A DNA stretch of 32,463 nt from Candidatus Kuenenbacteria bacterium CG08_land_8_20_14_0_20_37_23 (GTDB taxonomy: Bacteria > Patescibacteriota > Patescibacteriia > UBA2196 > GWA2-42-15): NCBI GenBank assembly GCA_002778965.1, contig PEXX01000050.1, positions 1-32,463 of the forward strand, in the 5' to 3' direction. Positions 1 through 8,591 of the stretch are shown piece by piece. The number at the start of each line of letters is the position of its first letter. Positions within the stretch are counted from its first letter, which is position 1. The notes under the pieces were generated by a model. The model saw only the letters and a list, made by a program, of their open reading frames with translations. It searched no databases and was not told the origin of the DNA. The translations under genes were made by a program, and so were the position numbers.

Positions 1-1
1 T

Positions 2-724
2 GACGAAAACACTTTTGAGATTGGGGAGACTTACGCTACGATCAACTGGACGACAAGTAAACCGGGGACATCGCGCGTAATTTATGATACTTTTTCTCGT
101 CAGGATATCAGTTATGAACACGGCCCTAATTATGGTTATATGTTTTCCACCAAAGAAGATGCCAGTTTGGTGATAGGACATTCGCTGGTTATTTATAATT
201 TAATCCCGGACACCACTTATTATTTCCGGCCAATATCCCATAGTTCTCCTGAAAAAATAGGCGAAGAATTGTCGCTGACAACTCTTGGAAGAAGCGTTGA
301 AGAGGTTGAGCAAGAGTTGCCGGCCGTGAATTTAAATGGTTCAAGAGCGATTGACGAAGAGAAAAATTTTTCATTGGACCACCCGGTTGCTTCAAACTCC
401 AATCTTATCTTGGAACAAGCTGACGAACAAAGCGGCAGAACAAATTTGAAGGATTTTGCGATGATGGCGGAGTTACCCGCAACATTGGAATTAAATAGCA
501 CAGATTTTCCGATAAAAAGAGTAGCTGGAGCCGTTGTTGATAATTCTTGCAAACAAAAACAATGGTGGATGTTTGTTCTTGTTTTGTTCGGCTACTTGCT
601 CACCCTTGGTTCATATTATAGATATTTAAGCAAGAAAAAATTTAAACATTGGATTTATTTTCCAATTATTTTAAGTATAGCGGTGATTTTATTGATTATA
701 GCGCTGACGAGATGTTTAATATGA
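2..724 (+). CDS. 5'-truncated fibronectin type III-like domain protein with C-terminal membrane anchor
   Basis: Frame is open from position 2 (DENTFEIGETYATINWTTSKPGTSRVIYD...HSLVIYNLIPDTTYYFRPIS), an FN3/purple-acid-phosphatase N-terminal-like pattern. Two hydrophobic segments at the C-terminus. Confidence 0.65.
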   Translation, partial: DENTFEIGETYATINWTTSKPGTSRVIYDTFSRQDISYEHGPNYGYMFSTKEDASLVIGHSLVIYNLIPDTTYYFRPISHSSPEKIGEELSLTTLGRSVEEVEQELPAVNLNGSRAIDEEKNFSLDHPVASNSNLILEQADEQSGRTNLKDFAMMAELPATLELNSTDFPIKRVAGAVVDNSCKQKQWWMFVLVLFGYLLTLGSYYRYLSKKKFKHWIYFPIILSIAVILLIIALTRCLI

Positions 725-895
725 AAGAATGAAAAAATATATTGATTTTGATATGATATTTCAGAATTTGCCGAAAAGTGTTAGAATAAAGGTGTGGACA
801 AAATATCTTGTAGAATTCTTACATTATTTGGTTGAGAAGTTTTTTGGTATTTGAGTTTATCTATGGCGCTAAACAACTATTTCGGGAAATATTTT

Positions 896-3652
896 ATGCC
901 GCAAAGCAAATACAAAAATAAACTTGAAAAAGATTTGGAAAAACTGTCATGGGAGTTTGTTTTGGATGCGGACAACATGGGAAAAGATGAGAATGAGATT
1001 TTTTTAGAGGAGAATTATGAGGACGATACGACTGATTTTACGAAAAAAAAGAAAGCAATTGACAAGAAGACCGAGAACATTCATAGGGATTTGAATATAG
1101 AGAGTCTTTACGGTAAACGCGATGATTTATTTTTGAATATAAATGAACTTAATAGAAATTCAAGCATAATTTTTGACGAAAAAAAGCTTCAGGCTAATAA
1201 AATTACTGAATGGACAAAAGCCCCGCGATTGAGAGAACCGCTTATTAAAAAAGCACTTTGCGGATTATTAAGGGTATTAGCATATCCAGGCGCGCTTTCT
1301 GTCAAAATCATATTCAGTTTATCCAAGAATTCATGGATTGCGGCAAAGAGCATAGGTTTATCAATCTATAGATTGGTTAAAATGATAGTTTCTTTCCCAT
1401 GGCAGATTTTGTTGGCTTTGCGAGCATCTTTTATTTATCTTTTTGGAGATTTGAGTTGGATCAGTATAAACAAAACAGCGTTAGCAGATGTCATGCCAAA
1501 TGAAGGCAATATTTTTCCTTACCGTCGTTTAAGAGCCATGGTGTTTTTTGTTTTTGTTGCTTTGGTTTTAGTTTTGCCGATACAGGGCTATGTATTATAT
1601 AAAAAAAGTCAGGACACAAAAGGGCATGTAATGGGCGCATCGCTTGAGGGCATTGAACATATGAAACTCGCTAGTGCGCTTGGCTTGGATTATGATTTTA
1701 GCGGAGCCGGAGATAAATTTAGGTTGGCCGAAAATGATTTTTTGGAAGCGGAGAGAAGTTTTGGCGAGTTTCAAGACACAGCAAGCAGATTATCTTTTCT
1801 TATTCCGGAAGTAAAAAGCGGGCGTGAGCTCCTAGAGATTGCTAAAAAATCAGCGCAGATTGGCATTCATTTAAGCATGGTGGCAGATGCTCTCGGATTA
1901 ATAGATATTGGGAATGTGAAACTGGAAACTGGAAAGGAGGAAAACGAATTGATTTTGGCCATTGATAAAAATCAATCAATAAAAGAACAAGAAACAGCAG
2001 GACAAGAAAACAACAATTTTAGCGCTATTGATCAAGAATTGAAGCTGGCGCTGGGCGAGGCAATGGAGATAAATGATATTTTGGGAGAAATTGATTTGTC
2101 CGACACCGATTTTGGAGAATATCAGGGAGAGTTTGAGAACATAAAAAAAGAATTTCCGCGGCTTATCGCGTTTTTGGACGAAAGTAAAAATATTTTCAAA
2201 ATCATAACGTATTTTTTGGGGAGCGGCGAGCCAAGAAGATGGATGCTTGTTTTTGAGAATAATAGAGAACTGCGTCCAACAGGCGGGTTTATGGGCTCAT
2301 ATGCGATTCTTGATGTGAAGGATGGCAAAATTAAAAATATTGAAGTGCCTGGAGGAGGATTTTATGATTTAAAGGGATCAATGCAAGTCAAAGTTGACGC
2401 GCCATATCCATTTCATCTTTTTTCTCCAATATGGCAACCATGGAATGCAAATTGGTTTCCGAATTGGCCGGATTCAGCAAGAAAAATAGCGTGGTTTTAC
2501 GAAAATTCAGGTGGAGCGACGATTGACGGGGTGATTGCTTTCACTCCGAAAGTACTTGAAGATTTGCTCGCGTTGACTGGAGAGATTGTGATGCCAGAAT
2601 ATGAAACAGCGGTCAATAGTGAAAATTTTGTGCGTATGGCGCAGATGGAGGTGGAGATTGAATATGACAAAGAAGAAAACAAACCAAAGAAATTTATCGG
2701 AGATCTTTTACCAAAGGTGATTGATCGCATATTTAGCTTGAAGGACGATAGAATGTTGGAAATATTTGAAGTAATTGGCGATGCATTCATGGAAAAACAT
2801 TTGTTGGTATATTTTTATGACAATCAATATCAGGAGCTTGCTCGCAAGCTATCTTTTGCCGGCGAGATTAAGGAGACTTCGTCTGATTATTTGAGCGTAG
2901 TGCACACTAATATTGCCGGCGGCAAGACTGATATGGTCATGATGACGAATATTAATCATAAGATAGAGATTATGGAAGACGGATCATTGCTTAGCGAAGT
3001 AATCATCAGTAAAAAACATAATGGATCGCGAGATGATATATTTGAAGGCCAGCGGAATATAGATTATCTGCGTGTTTATGTGCCGCTAGGAGCCGAACTG
3101 CTTGAAGCGAGCGGGTTTGACAAAATACCGAAAGATCGTATTTTTCAGATAGCCGCTGTTGATGACAACATAGCCGCTGATAACGATTTGTCCAGAATTG
3201 AAACTAATTTAAGAATTGATGGGAAAAGCGGGACGCGCGTAACTGACGAATTTGGTAAAACGGTTTTTGGTAATTGGATGATTGTCGGCCCGGGAGAAGA
3301 AAAAAGCGCTAAAGTAAAGTATCTTTTGCCTTTTAAGTTTGCAGAGATTAATAATAAACCGCAAAAACTTGGATTTTTAGGGCTGGTTAGACAGTATTTT
3401 TTTGGAAAACAAAAAGAAGAGGTAAAAAATTTTATGGCGCGAGAGAAATATGTTTACAGCCTATTAGCCCAAAAGCAGGCTGGAACTGAAAATGACAAAA
3501 TTAAGAGCGAAATAGTGGCAAGTCCGTATTGGGAAATCGCCAATTATTTGCCGAAAACTGGCGAGATTATTTTTTCAGAGAATGGTTTTACTTATGCAAG
3601 CGAGCTTAGAACAGACAGATATTATGGGGTTGAGGTAGTTAGGAAACAGTAA
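896..3652 (+). CDS. DUF4012 domain-containing membrane protein
   Basis: Motifs LVFENNRELRPTGGFMGSYAIL, NANWFPNWPDSA, IDGVIAFTP, TNIAGGKTD, YLRVYVPLG and QKQAG; N-terminal TM segment. ATG at 896 preferred over TTG at 851. Confidence 0.8.
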   Translation: MPQSKYKNKLEKDLEKLSWEFVLDADNMGKDENEIFLEENYEDDTTDFTKKKKAIDKKTENIHRDLNIESLYGKRDDLFLNINELNRNSSIIFDEKKLQANKITEWTKAPRLREPLIKKALCGLLRVLAYPGALSVKIIFSLSKNSWIAAKSIGLSIYRLVKMIVSFPWQILLALRASFIYLFGDLSWISINKTALADVMPNEGNIFPYRRLRAMVFFVFVALVLVLPIQGYVLYKKSQDTKGHVMGASLEGIEHMKLASALGLDYDFSGAGDKFRLAENDFLEAERSFGEFQDTASRLSFLIPEVKSGRELLEIAKKSAQIGIHLSMVADALGLIDIGNVKLETGKEENELILAIDKNQSIKEQETAGQENNNFSAIDQELKLALGEAMEINDILGEIDLSDTDFGEYQGEFENIKKEFPRLIAFLDESKNIFKIITYFLGSGEPRRWMLVFENNRELRPTGGFMGSYAILDVKDGKIKNIEVPGGGFYDLKGSMQVKVDAPYPFHLFSPIWQPWNANWFPNWPDSARKIAWFYENSGGATIDGVIAFTPKVLEDLLALTGEIVMPEYETAVNSENFVRMAQMEVEIEYDKEENKPKKFIGDLLPKVIDRIFSLKDDRMLEIFEVIGDAFMEKHLLVYFYDNQYQELARKLSFAGEIKETSSDYLSVVHTNIAGGKTDMVMMTNINHKIEIMEDGSLLSEVIISKKHNGSRDDIFEGQRNIDYLRVYVPLGAELLEASGFDKIPKDRIFQIAAVDDNIAADNDLSRIETNLRIDGKSGTRVTDEFGKTVFGNWMIVGPGEEKSAKVKYLLPFKFAEINNKPQKLGFLGLVRQYFFGKQKEEVKNFMAREKYVYSLLAQKQAGTENDKIKSEIVASPYWEIANYLPKTGEIIFSENGFTYASELRTDRYYGVEVVRKQ

Positions 3653-3722
3653 AAAGGCAAGAAATAAAATTATAAAGTTGGGAAGTTATTTAATTTTAGG
3701 AAGTTGAATAAAATTGATAAAT

Positions 3723-3747
3723 AGGGTGTTTTATTAACGCCTTTTTT
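3723..3747 (+). terminator. Intrinsic terminator after the DUF4012 gene
   Basis: AGGGTGTT-ttatt-AACGCCTT stem running into a T tract. Confidence 0.55.
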
Positions 3748-3804
3748 ATTTTGGCTAATCTTAGTATAATGTTATATTTTATAATGTTTTTGACATCAGA
3801 CAGC

Positions 3805-3833
3805 TTGACAAGTTTTCAAATGTATGCTATTAT
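3805..3833 (+). promoter_or_regulatory. Sigma70-type promoter with extended -10
   Basis: TTGACA (3805-3810), 17-bp spacer ending TGC, TATTAT (3828-3833). Confidence 0.7.
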
Positions 3834-3850
3834 CATATGATATTTAAAAT

Positions 3851-3859
3851 TGTGGATAA
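3851..3859 (-). promoter_or_regulatory. Consensus DnaA box
   Basis: TGTGGATAA = reverse complement of TTATCCACA, just downstream of the 3805 promoter. Function not established. Confidence 0.35.
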
Positions 3860-4184
3860 GTATGGCTATTTTATAAAAACAGTAATTAAAGATGACTGCT
3901 TTTACAAAATAGCTATAAGCCCAAGCATTGGCGATGATGAATATTTCTTCATACATTGCCTTGCTTGGTCGGCTATTTGACACTGTAGTTAAGCTTGAAA
4001 ATTTGGAGGTTAGGCGTTATCTTGACTTGGTTTTTATCCGGTTCCGACTGGATAATCCCATTTATTTAACGTCAATGAATAAAACAGTTTTGCTGTATTT
4101 ATTCTCTTACCATGCTTTTACATGGTTATTTTCTCTGATTCAGCGGAGAACATAACCTCCAATTTTTCCAGCAAAAACTCGCAC

Positions 4185-4214
4185 AAAAATCCGACCGCTT
4201 GCGGCCGGATTTTT
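4185..4214. terminator. Bidirectional intrinsic terminator
   Basis: AAAAATCCGACCG-cttg-CGGCCGGATTTTT. Confidence 0.75.
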
Positions 4215-4272
4215 AAATTGCGTTTAAATACGAAATTTGAATTTTTCTGTATTTTTGGTAAGCTAAATGCAT

Positions 4273-5343
4273 ATGAAAATCGTTATTTTCGCTGGAGGAA
4301 TCGGCACAAGATTGTGGCCATTATCGCGGAAAAATTCACCAAAACAGTTTTATAAAATTTTTGACGGCAAATCAACCCTTGAGCTTGCTTTTGAGCGTCT
4401 GCGTAATTTTGGCGTGGAAAATATTTATGCGCAGACAATTCAAAAATTTTCAAGCATCATCGCGCAACAACTGCCTGACTTGCCTTGCGAAAATATTTTT
4501 ATTGAACCGGCTATGAGAAACGTTGGCCCCGCAGTGGCGCTTGCAGCGCAAAAATTGAAGGCGCTTGATTATTCAGGGCCAATCGCCATCATTTGGGCAG
4601 ATCATATTATGAAGCGGCCGGAAGAGTTTACGGAGAAGCTGGAAATAGCGGAAAGGCTGATAGAAAAAAATTTTAACAGATTTATTTTTTTAGCTGAACA
4701 ACCGCGTTTCGCCAATAATAATCTTGGCTGGATACGCATTGGAAGCAGAATAGGCGAGACTGATTGCGTTGATCTTTTTGAGTTCAAGGGATGGAAATAC
4801 AAGCCCGATCAGGTGAAATGCAATCAGATGTTTAAATCAGGAGAATATTTTTGGAACCCTGGCTATTTTGTCAGTTCAATTGATTTTATTCTTAGTCAAT
4901 ATAAAAAATTGGCTCCGCGGATTTTCACGGCAACGCTTGCTGTCGCAAGGAGCAAAGACAGCCGAAAATCCGCTGATATTTATTCAAACCTTGAAAAAGA
5001 ATCATTTGACAGGTGCTTGATTGAAAAAACAGATTTTAAAGACGCAATCGTCCTGAAAACTGATATGGGCTGGAGCGATCCAGGCACTTTGTATGCGCTG
5101 AAAGAAGCTCTGCAAAAAAGCTTTGAAGAGAATGTTGAGATTGGAAAAGTTTTCAATTATAGTTCCAAAGATTCTCTGATTTATAATTTGGAAAATAAAA
5201 AATTGGTTGCCACTGTTGGGCTTGATGGAATGATTGTAGTTAATACGGAAAACGCCATAATTGTTACTCGTAAAGATAAAGTCAAAGAGATAACTGGACT
5301 AGTTGAGCAATTGGAAAGATTCGGCTATGGGGAATATTTATAA
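4273..5343 (+). CDS. manC: Mannose-1-phosphate guanylyltransferase-like sugar nucleotidyltransferase
   Basis: IFAGGIGTRLWPLSRKNSPKQF, EPAMRN, ADH, YFWNPGYF and GWSDPG motifs; C-terminal beta-helix region; no fused PMI cupin. Confidence 0.8.
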   Translation: MKIVIFAGGIGTRLWPLSRKNSPKQFYKIFDGKSTLELAFERLRNFGVENIYAQTIQKFSSIIAQQLPDLPCENIFIEPAMRNVGPAVALAAQKLKALDYSGPIAIIWADHIMKRPEEFTEKLEIAERLIEKNFNRFIFLAEQPRFANNNLGWIRIGSRIGETDCVDLFEFKGWKYKPDQVKCNQMFKSGEYFWNPGYFVSSIDFILSQYKKLAPRIFTATLAVARSKDSRKSADIYSNLEKESFDRCLIEKTDFKDAIVLKTDMGWSDPGTLYALKEALQKSFEENVEIGKVFNYSSKDSLIYNLENKKLVATVGLDGMIVVNTENAIIVTRKDKVKEITGLVEQLERFGYGEYL

Positions 5344-5434
5344 ACTGATTATTATACCCGTTGCGTAATAATTTTTTATGCAGCAATTTGAAATTTTGGC
5401 TGTAAATTATTCATATTAAAGGAATTTCGCGATT

Positions 5435-6511
5435 ATGCGCTTAAGCAATATTTATTATAAACAGGAACTAGCGAATCATAAAACGCGATTGTCACGCAAG
5501 TTTTTTGGAATTTTAGTAGTGTTTGTTCTAGTAATAGGATTTATCTTAAGCGTCTGGTTTGTCTTTGCGATTACTGTTCCGCAAAAACTTGAGCATGGAA
5601 CCGGCTTTACTATTATTAAGGGAGAGGGGGTTAATCAGATAAGCCGCAATTTGAAAGATCGGGGAATTATAAAAAACAGTCTAATGTTTGAAGTTTATGC
5701 TTATTTGAAAGGCGTTGAGCGTTGTTTTCAGGCCGCGGAATATAGTTTGCCTGAAATTTTAAATGTCAAGAGACTTGTTGAAATTCTTACCACAGGACAG
5801 AGAGCCGATGAGTGGGACCTGATAGTGATTGAAGGCTGGAGCGCAAAAAATATTGATTCGAAATTGAAAGATTTAGGCAGATTTCAAGCAGGAGAATTAT
5901 TGCGGATGATTGAAGTGATATCCGATAAGACAAGCAGTTTGGCTGGCGGGCAATATGGATTTTTATCAGATAAGCCGGAAAAGGCCGGCTTGGAAGGCTA
6001 TCTTTTCCCTGATACTTACAGATTTTTTGCCAACGCGACCGCAGAAGACGTGATTGTGAAAATGCTTGATAATTTTGATCGCAAGTTGACGCAAGAGATG
6101 AGAGATGAAATCGCGCGCCAGGATAAAACCATTTTTAACGTGGTGATTATGGCCTCAATTATTGAGCGCGAAGTCAGAACTGAAAATGATCGGCCAATTG
6201 TCGCTGAGATTTTCTGGAAGCGCCTTGATAGCGGCATGGCTCTTGAGGCTGATTCTACTATTAATTATATCTCCGGGAAAAATACGCCGTCCGCTTCCTA
6301 TGAAGATCTGCAGATTGACTCACTTTATAATACTTACAAATATCCCGGTTTGCCGCCGGGGCCAATCAGCAATCCTGGCATTGAAGCGATCAAGGCCGCG
6401 ATCTATCCGCAGGAATCGGATTATTGGTTTTTTTTGACTGACAGCAAAGGCAACGTGCATTATGCCAACGATTTTGAAGAACACATTAGGAACAAGAATG
6501 AATATTTGTAA
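5435..6511 (+). CDS. mltG: Endolytic transglycosylase MltG (YceG family)
   Basis: N-terminal TM; LEGYLFPDTY, MASIIERE, YNTYKYPGLPPGPISNPG. Confidence 0.93.
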   Translation: MRLSNIYYKQELANHKTRLSRKFFGILVVFVLVIGFILSVWFVFAITVPQKLEHGTGFTIIKGEGVNQISRNLKDRGIIKNSLMFEVYAYLKGVERCFQAAEYSLPEILNVKRLVEILTTGQRADEWDLIVIEGWSAKNIDSKLKDLGRFQAGELLRMIEVISDKTSSLAGGQYGFLSDKPEKAGLEGYLFPDTYRFFANATAEDVIVKMLDNFDRKLTQEMRDEIARQDKTIFNVVIMASIIEREVRTENDRPIVAEIFWKRLDSGMALEADSTINYISGKNTPSASYEDLQIDSLYNTYKYPGLPPGPISNPGIEAIKAAIYPQESDYWFFLTDSKGNVHYANDFEEHIRNKNEYL

Positions 6512-6540
6512 AATGGGAGATATGGGAGACAGATGTTGAA

Positions 6541-7071
6541 AATCCAAGCAAATCATAAGCCGGATTCTGTTCTATTTTGCGCCGTAGCGCGATAGTGTGG
6601 TCATCTATCTTAGCGAGCTGTCTTTGAGCTCTTGCACCAGGCAGGGTTTTCCGCATTTCTATGTCGCCATAGAGATGTGTGGGCTTTTACCCTCTTGAGA
6701 CAAAAGCTCAAGATTCCGCATTTTACAACGGAACGCATTTTCACCCTTACCCTTCACGTATTTTTCTTCTTGATAATTGAGATTCTGTAAAACAAAAAAG
6801 AAAAATATGTGAAGGGCGGTATATTTTCTGTGGCACTTTCCCTGGGTTTTAAAGTTGTCCGATAAAAAATTACGATCGTATATCTTTTATCGTACTTCTT
6901 ATACTCGGTCGCTTTTACGACTGCCATGACTCCGATTTTGGATCGGAGGGTGTCCGGACTTTCCTCCCCTCGCATAGTCTCTGCTATCCAATATTTTTTA
7001 CTGGTTGAATCATTTATTTGACTGAAGAAGCGAAGACTATGCGAGGGGCAACCACTTGATTTGCTTGGATT
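6541..7071 (-). ncRNA. rnpB: RNase P RNA, ~531 nt
   Basis: Minus strand carries GAGGAAAGTCC (6956-6966), AGTGCCACAGAAA (~6825-6837), GGTAAGGGTGAAA and ACAGAATCCGGCTTA (6556-6570). P1 is the terminal inverted repeat AATCCAAGCAAATCA/TGATTTGCTTGGATT. 15-bp P3 at 6966-6980/7034-7048. Confidence 0.96.
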
Positions 7072-7077
7072 ATTAGT

Positions 7078-7106
7078 ATAATATTAAAAATATTATATTT
7101 TGTCAA
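7078..7106 (-). promoter_or_regulatory. rnpB promoter
   Basis: Minus strand TTGACA (7106-7101), 17 bp, TATTAT (7083-7078); predicted start ~7071 matches the 5' end of P1. Confidence 0.75.
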
Positions 7107-7123
7107 TTTTCTATTTTTTTTCT

Positions 7124-8518
7124 ATGAAAAAATCAGAAATTATATTTTCCATAATTCTTGTTCCGTTGGATTACGCGCTTTTAGTGCTAGCAGGCATTTC
7201 GGCATATTTCACGCGTTATTCTCAAATCTATGAAGAAAATATCCGCGAAGTGGTTTTTAGCTTGCCGTTTGGAAATTATCTTAAATATGTTTATGGTTTT
7301 GCTTTTTTGTGGATAATAATTTTTGCTATCTCCGGACTTTTTTCCATGCGTCCCGCGAAAAGTATGTTTGGCGTGTTAAATAAAATTTTTTTGGCTTGTT
7401 CTACGGGAGCTTTGGCTGTAATTGTCGTCTTCTTTTTTTCACGCGAGCTCTTTTCATCGCGCTTTATCGTTTTAGCGGCGTGGGTTTTGAGTATTTTTTA
7501 TACATTTATCGCGCATTTGCTTCTTCGTTATCTGCAAAAAGCTGCTTATAAAAAAGGTATTGGCGTGCACCGCATTGCGCTGATTGGCACTGACAAAACT
7601 AGCAACGAGCTTGCTCTTGCTTTTGCGAGCCAAACCAAGCTTGGCTATAAAATAGTTTGCCAGTCAGCAGGTTTTGATCGCGGGCTTGAAGCGCAAGTGA
7701 GAGAATTAAATGAAAAAAATCTGCTTGATGAAATAATTCAAACTGATTCAAACCTATCTCGCGAAGAAGTCATTAAATTGATTGATTTAGCTAATGAATA
7801 TCATCTTGATTTCAAATACGCGGCAGACTTGCTCGGTGCTCATCGCACGAATATTGATGTAAAAACTATTATTGGAATTCCTATCATTGAAATTAAAAAG
7901 ACCCCGCTTGACGGATGGGGCAGGGTAATAAAGAGAATTTTTGATATTTTTGGATCAATTTTGGCAATGATTGTTTTAGCGCCATTATTTCTTGTTTTGC
8001 CTATAATCATCAGCATTGACTCGCCAGGGCCGGTTATTTACAAAACAAATAGAGTTGGCGCGACTGGAAAAAAATTTTATCTTTATAAATGGCGTTCAAT
8101 GGTAGATGGCGCGGAAAAGATGAAAAAAGAGTTGATGGATAGCAATGAACGAGCTGGAGGGCCTTTGTTTAAAATGGTTAATGACCCGAGAATCACCAGA
8201 GTAGGCAAATTTTTGCGCCGCACAAGTCTTGACGAAATTCCAAATTTTTGGAATGTGTTATTTGGCAATATGAGTCTTGTCGGTCCGCGGCCGCATGAGC
8301 CAGCCGAGGTTGAAAAATATGAAAAGCATCACAAAAAATTGTTGGATATTAAGCCTGGGATTACTGGCATGGCGCAGATTTCTGGCAGATCAACGCTTGA
8401 TTTTGACGAAGAAGCGAAGCTGGATACTTTATATATTGAAACATGGAGCATAAAGCTGGATATTATTATTTTATTTAAAACGCCATTGGCTGTTTTATTT
8501 TCAAAGACAGCAGCGTAA
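7124..8518 (+). CDS. Polyprenyl-phosphate glycosylphosphotransferase (WcaJ/WbaP-like priming sugar transferase)
   Basis: N-terminal TMs and Rossmann-like linker; KRIFDI, YKWRSM, DPRITRVGKFLRRTSLDEIP, MSLVGPRP, KPGITGMAQ. Confidence 0.92.
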   Translation: MKKSEIIFSIILVPLDYALLVLAGISAYFTRYSQIYEENIREVVFSLPFGNYLKYVYGFAFLWIIIFAISGLFSMRPAKSMFGVLNKIFLACSTGALAVIVVFFFSRELFSSRFIVLAAWVLSIFYTFIAHLLLRYLQKAAYKKGIGVHRIALIGTDKTSNELALAFASQTKLGYKIVCQSAGFDRGLEAQVRELNEKNLLDEIIQTDSNLSREEVIKLIDLANEYHLDFKYAADLLGAHRTNIDVKTIIGIPIIEIKKTPLDGWGRVIKRIFDIFGSILAMIVLAPLFLVLPIIISIDSPGPVIYKTNRVGATGKKFYLYKWRSMVDGAEKMKKELMDSNERAGGPLFKMVNDPRITRVGKFLRRTSLDEIPNFWNVLFGNMSLVGPRPHEPAEVEKYEKHHKKLLDIKPGITGMAQISGRSTLDFDEEAKLDTLYIETWSIKLDIIILFKTPLAVLFSKTAA

Positions 8519-8591
8519 GAGCTGGTTGGACAGAGAAGGCATTATCATATCTGCTTACCAATTTTTATCTAAATGTTATTTTTAAAATAAG

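Larger units (their letters stand above)
3840..4214 (+). ncRNA. Candidate structured non-coding RNA of unknown family
   Basis: Bounded by a promoter and a terminator. Hairpins at 3861-3917 and 3918-3974, plus a ~20-bp closing stem 3993-4012/4153-4172 enclosing four hairpins. No credible ORF. Confidence 0.55.

Noticed and set aside
3851-3859. Replication origin suggested by a DnaA box
   Set aside because: Single perfect box, others scattered inside CDSs (~15882, ~17248); no cluster and no dnaA/dnaN nearby
3840-4214. Structured region as tmRNA, SRP RNA, retron msr-msd or self-splicing intron
   Set aside because: No tRNA-like GGGG...CCA ends, no SRP domain IV motif, no reverse transcriptase nearby and no group I/II core motifs seen
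3928-4355. ORFs 3928-4155 and 4122-4355 as proteins
   Set aside because: No recognisable motifs; they overlap the structured region, the terminator and manC
6754-6975. 73-aa ORF on the minus strand
   Set aside because: Lies wholly within rnpB
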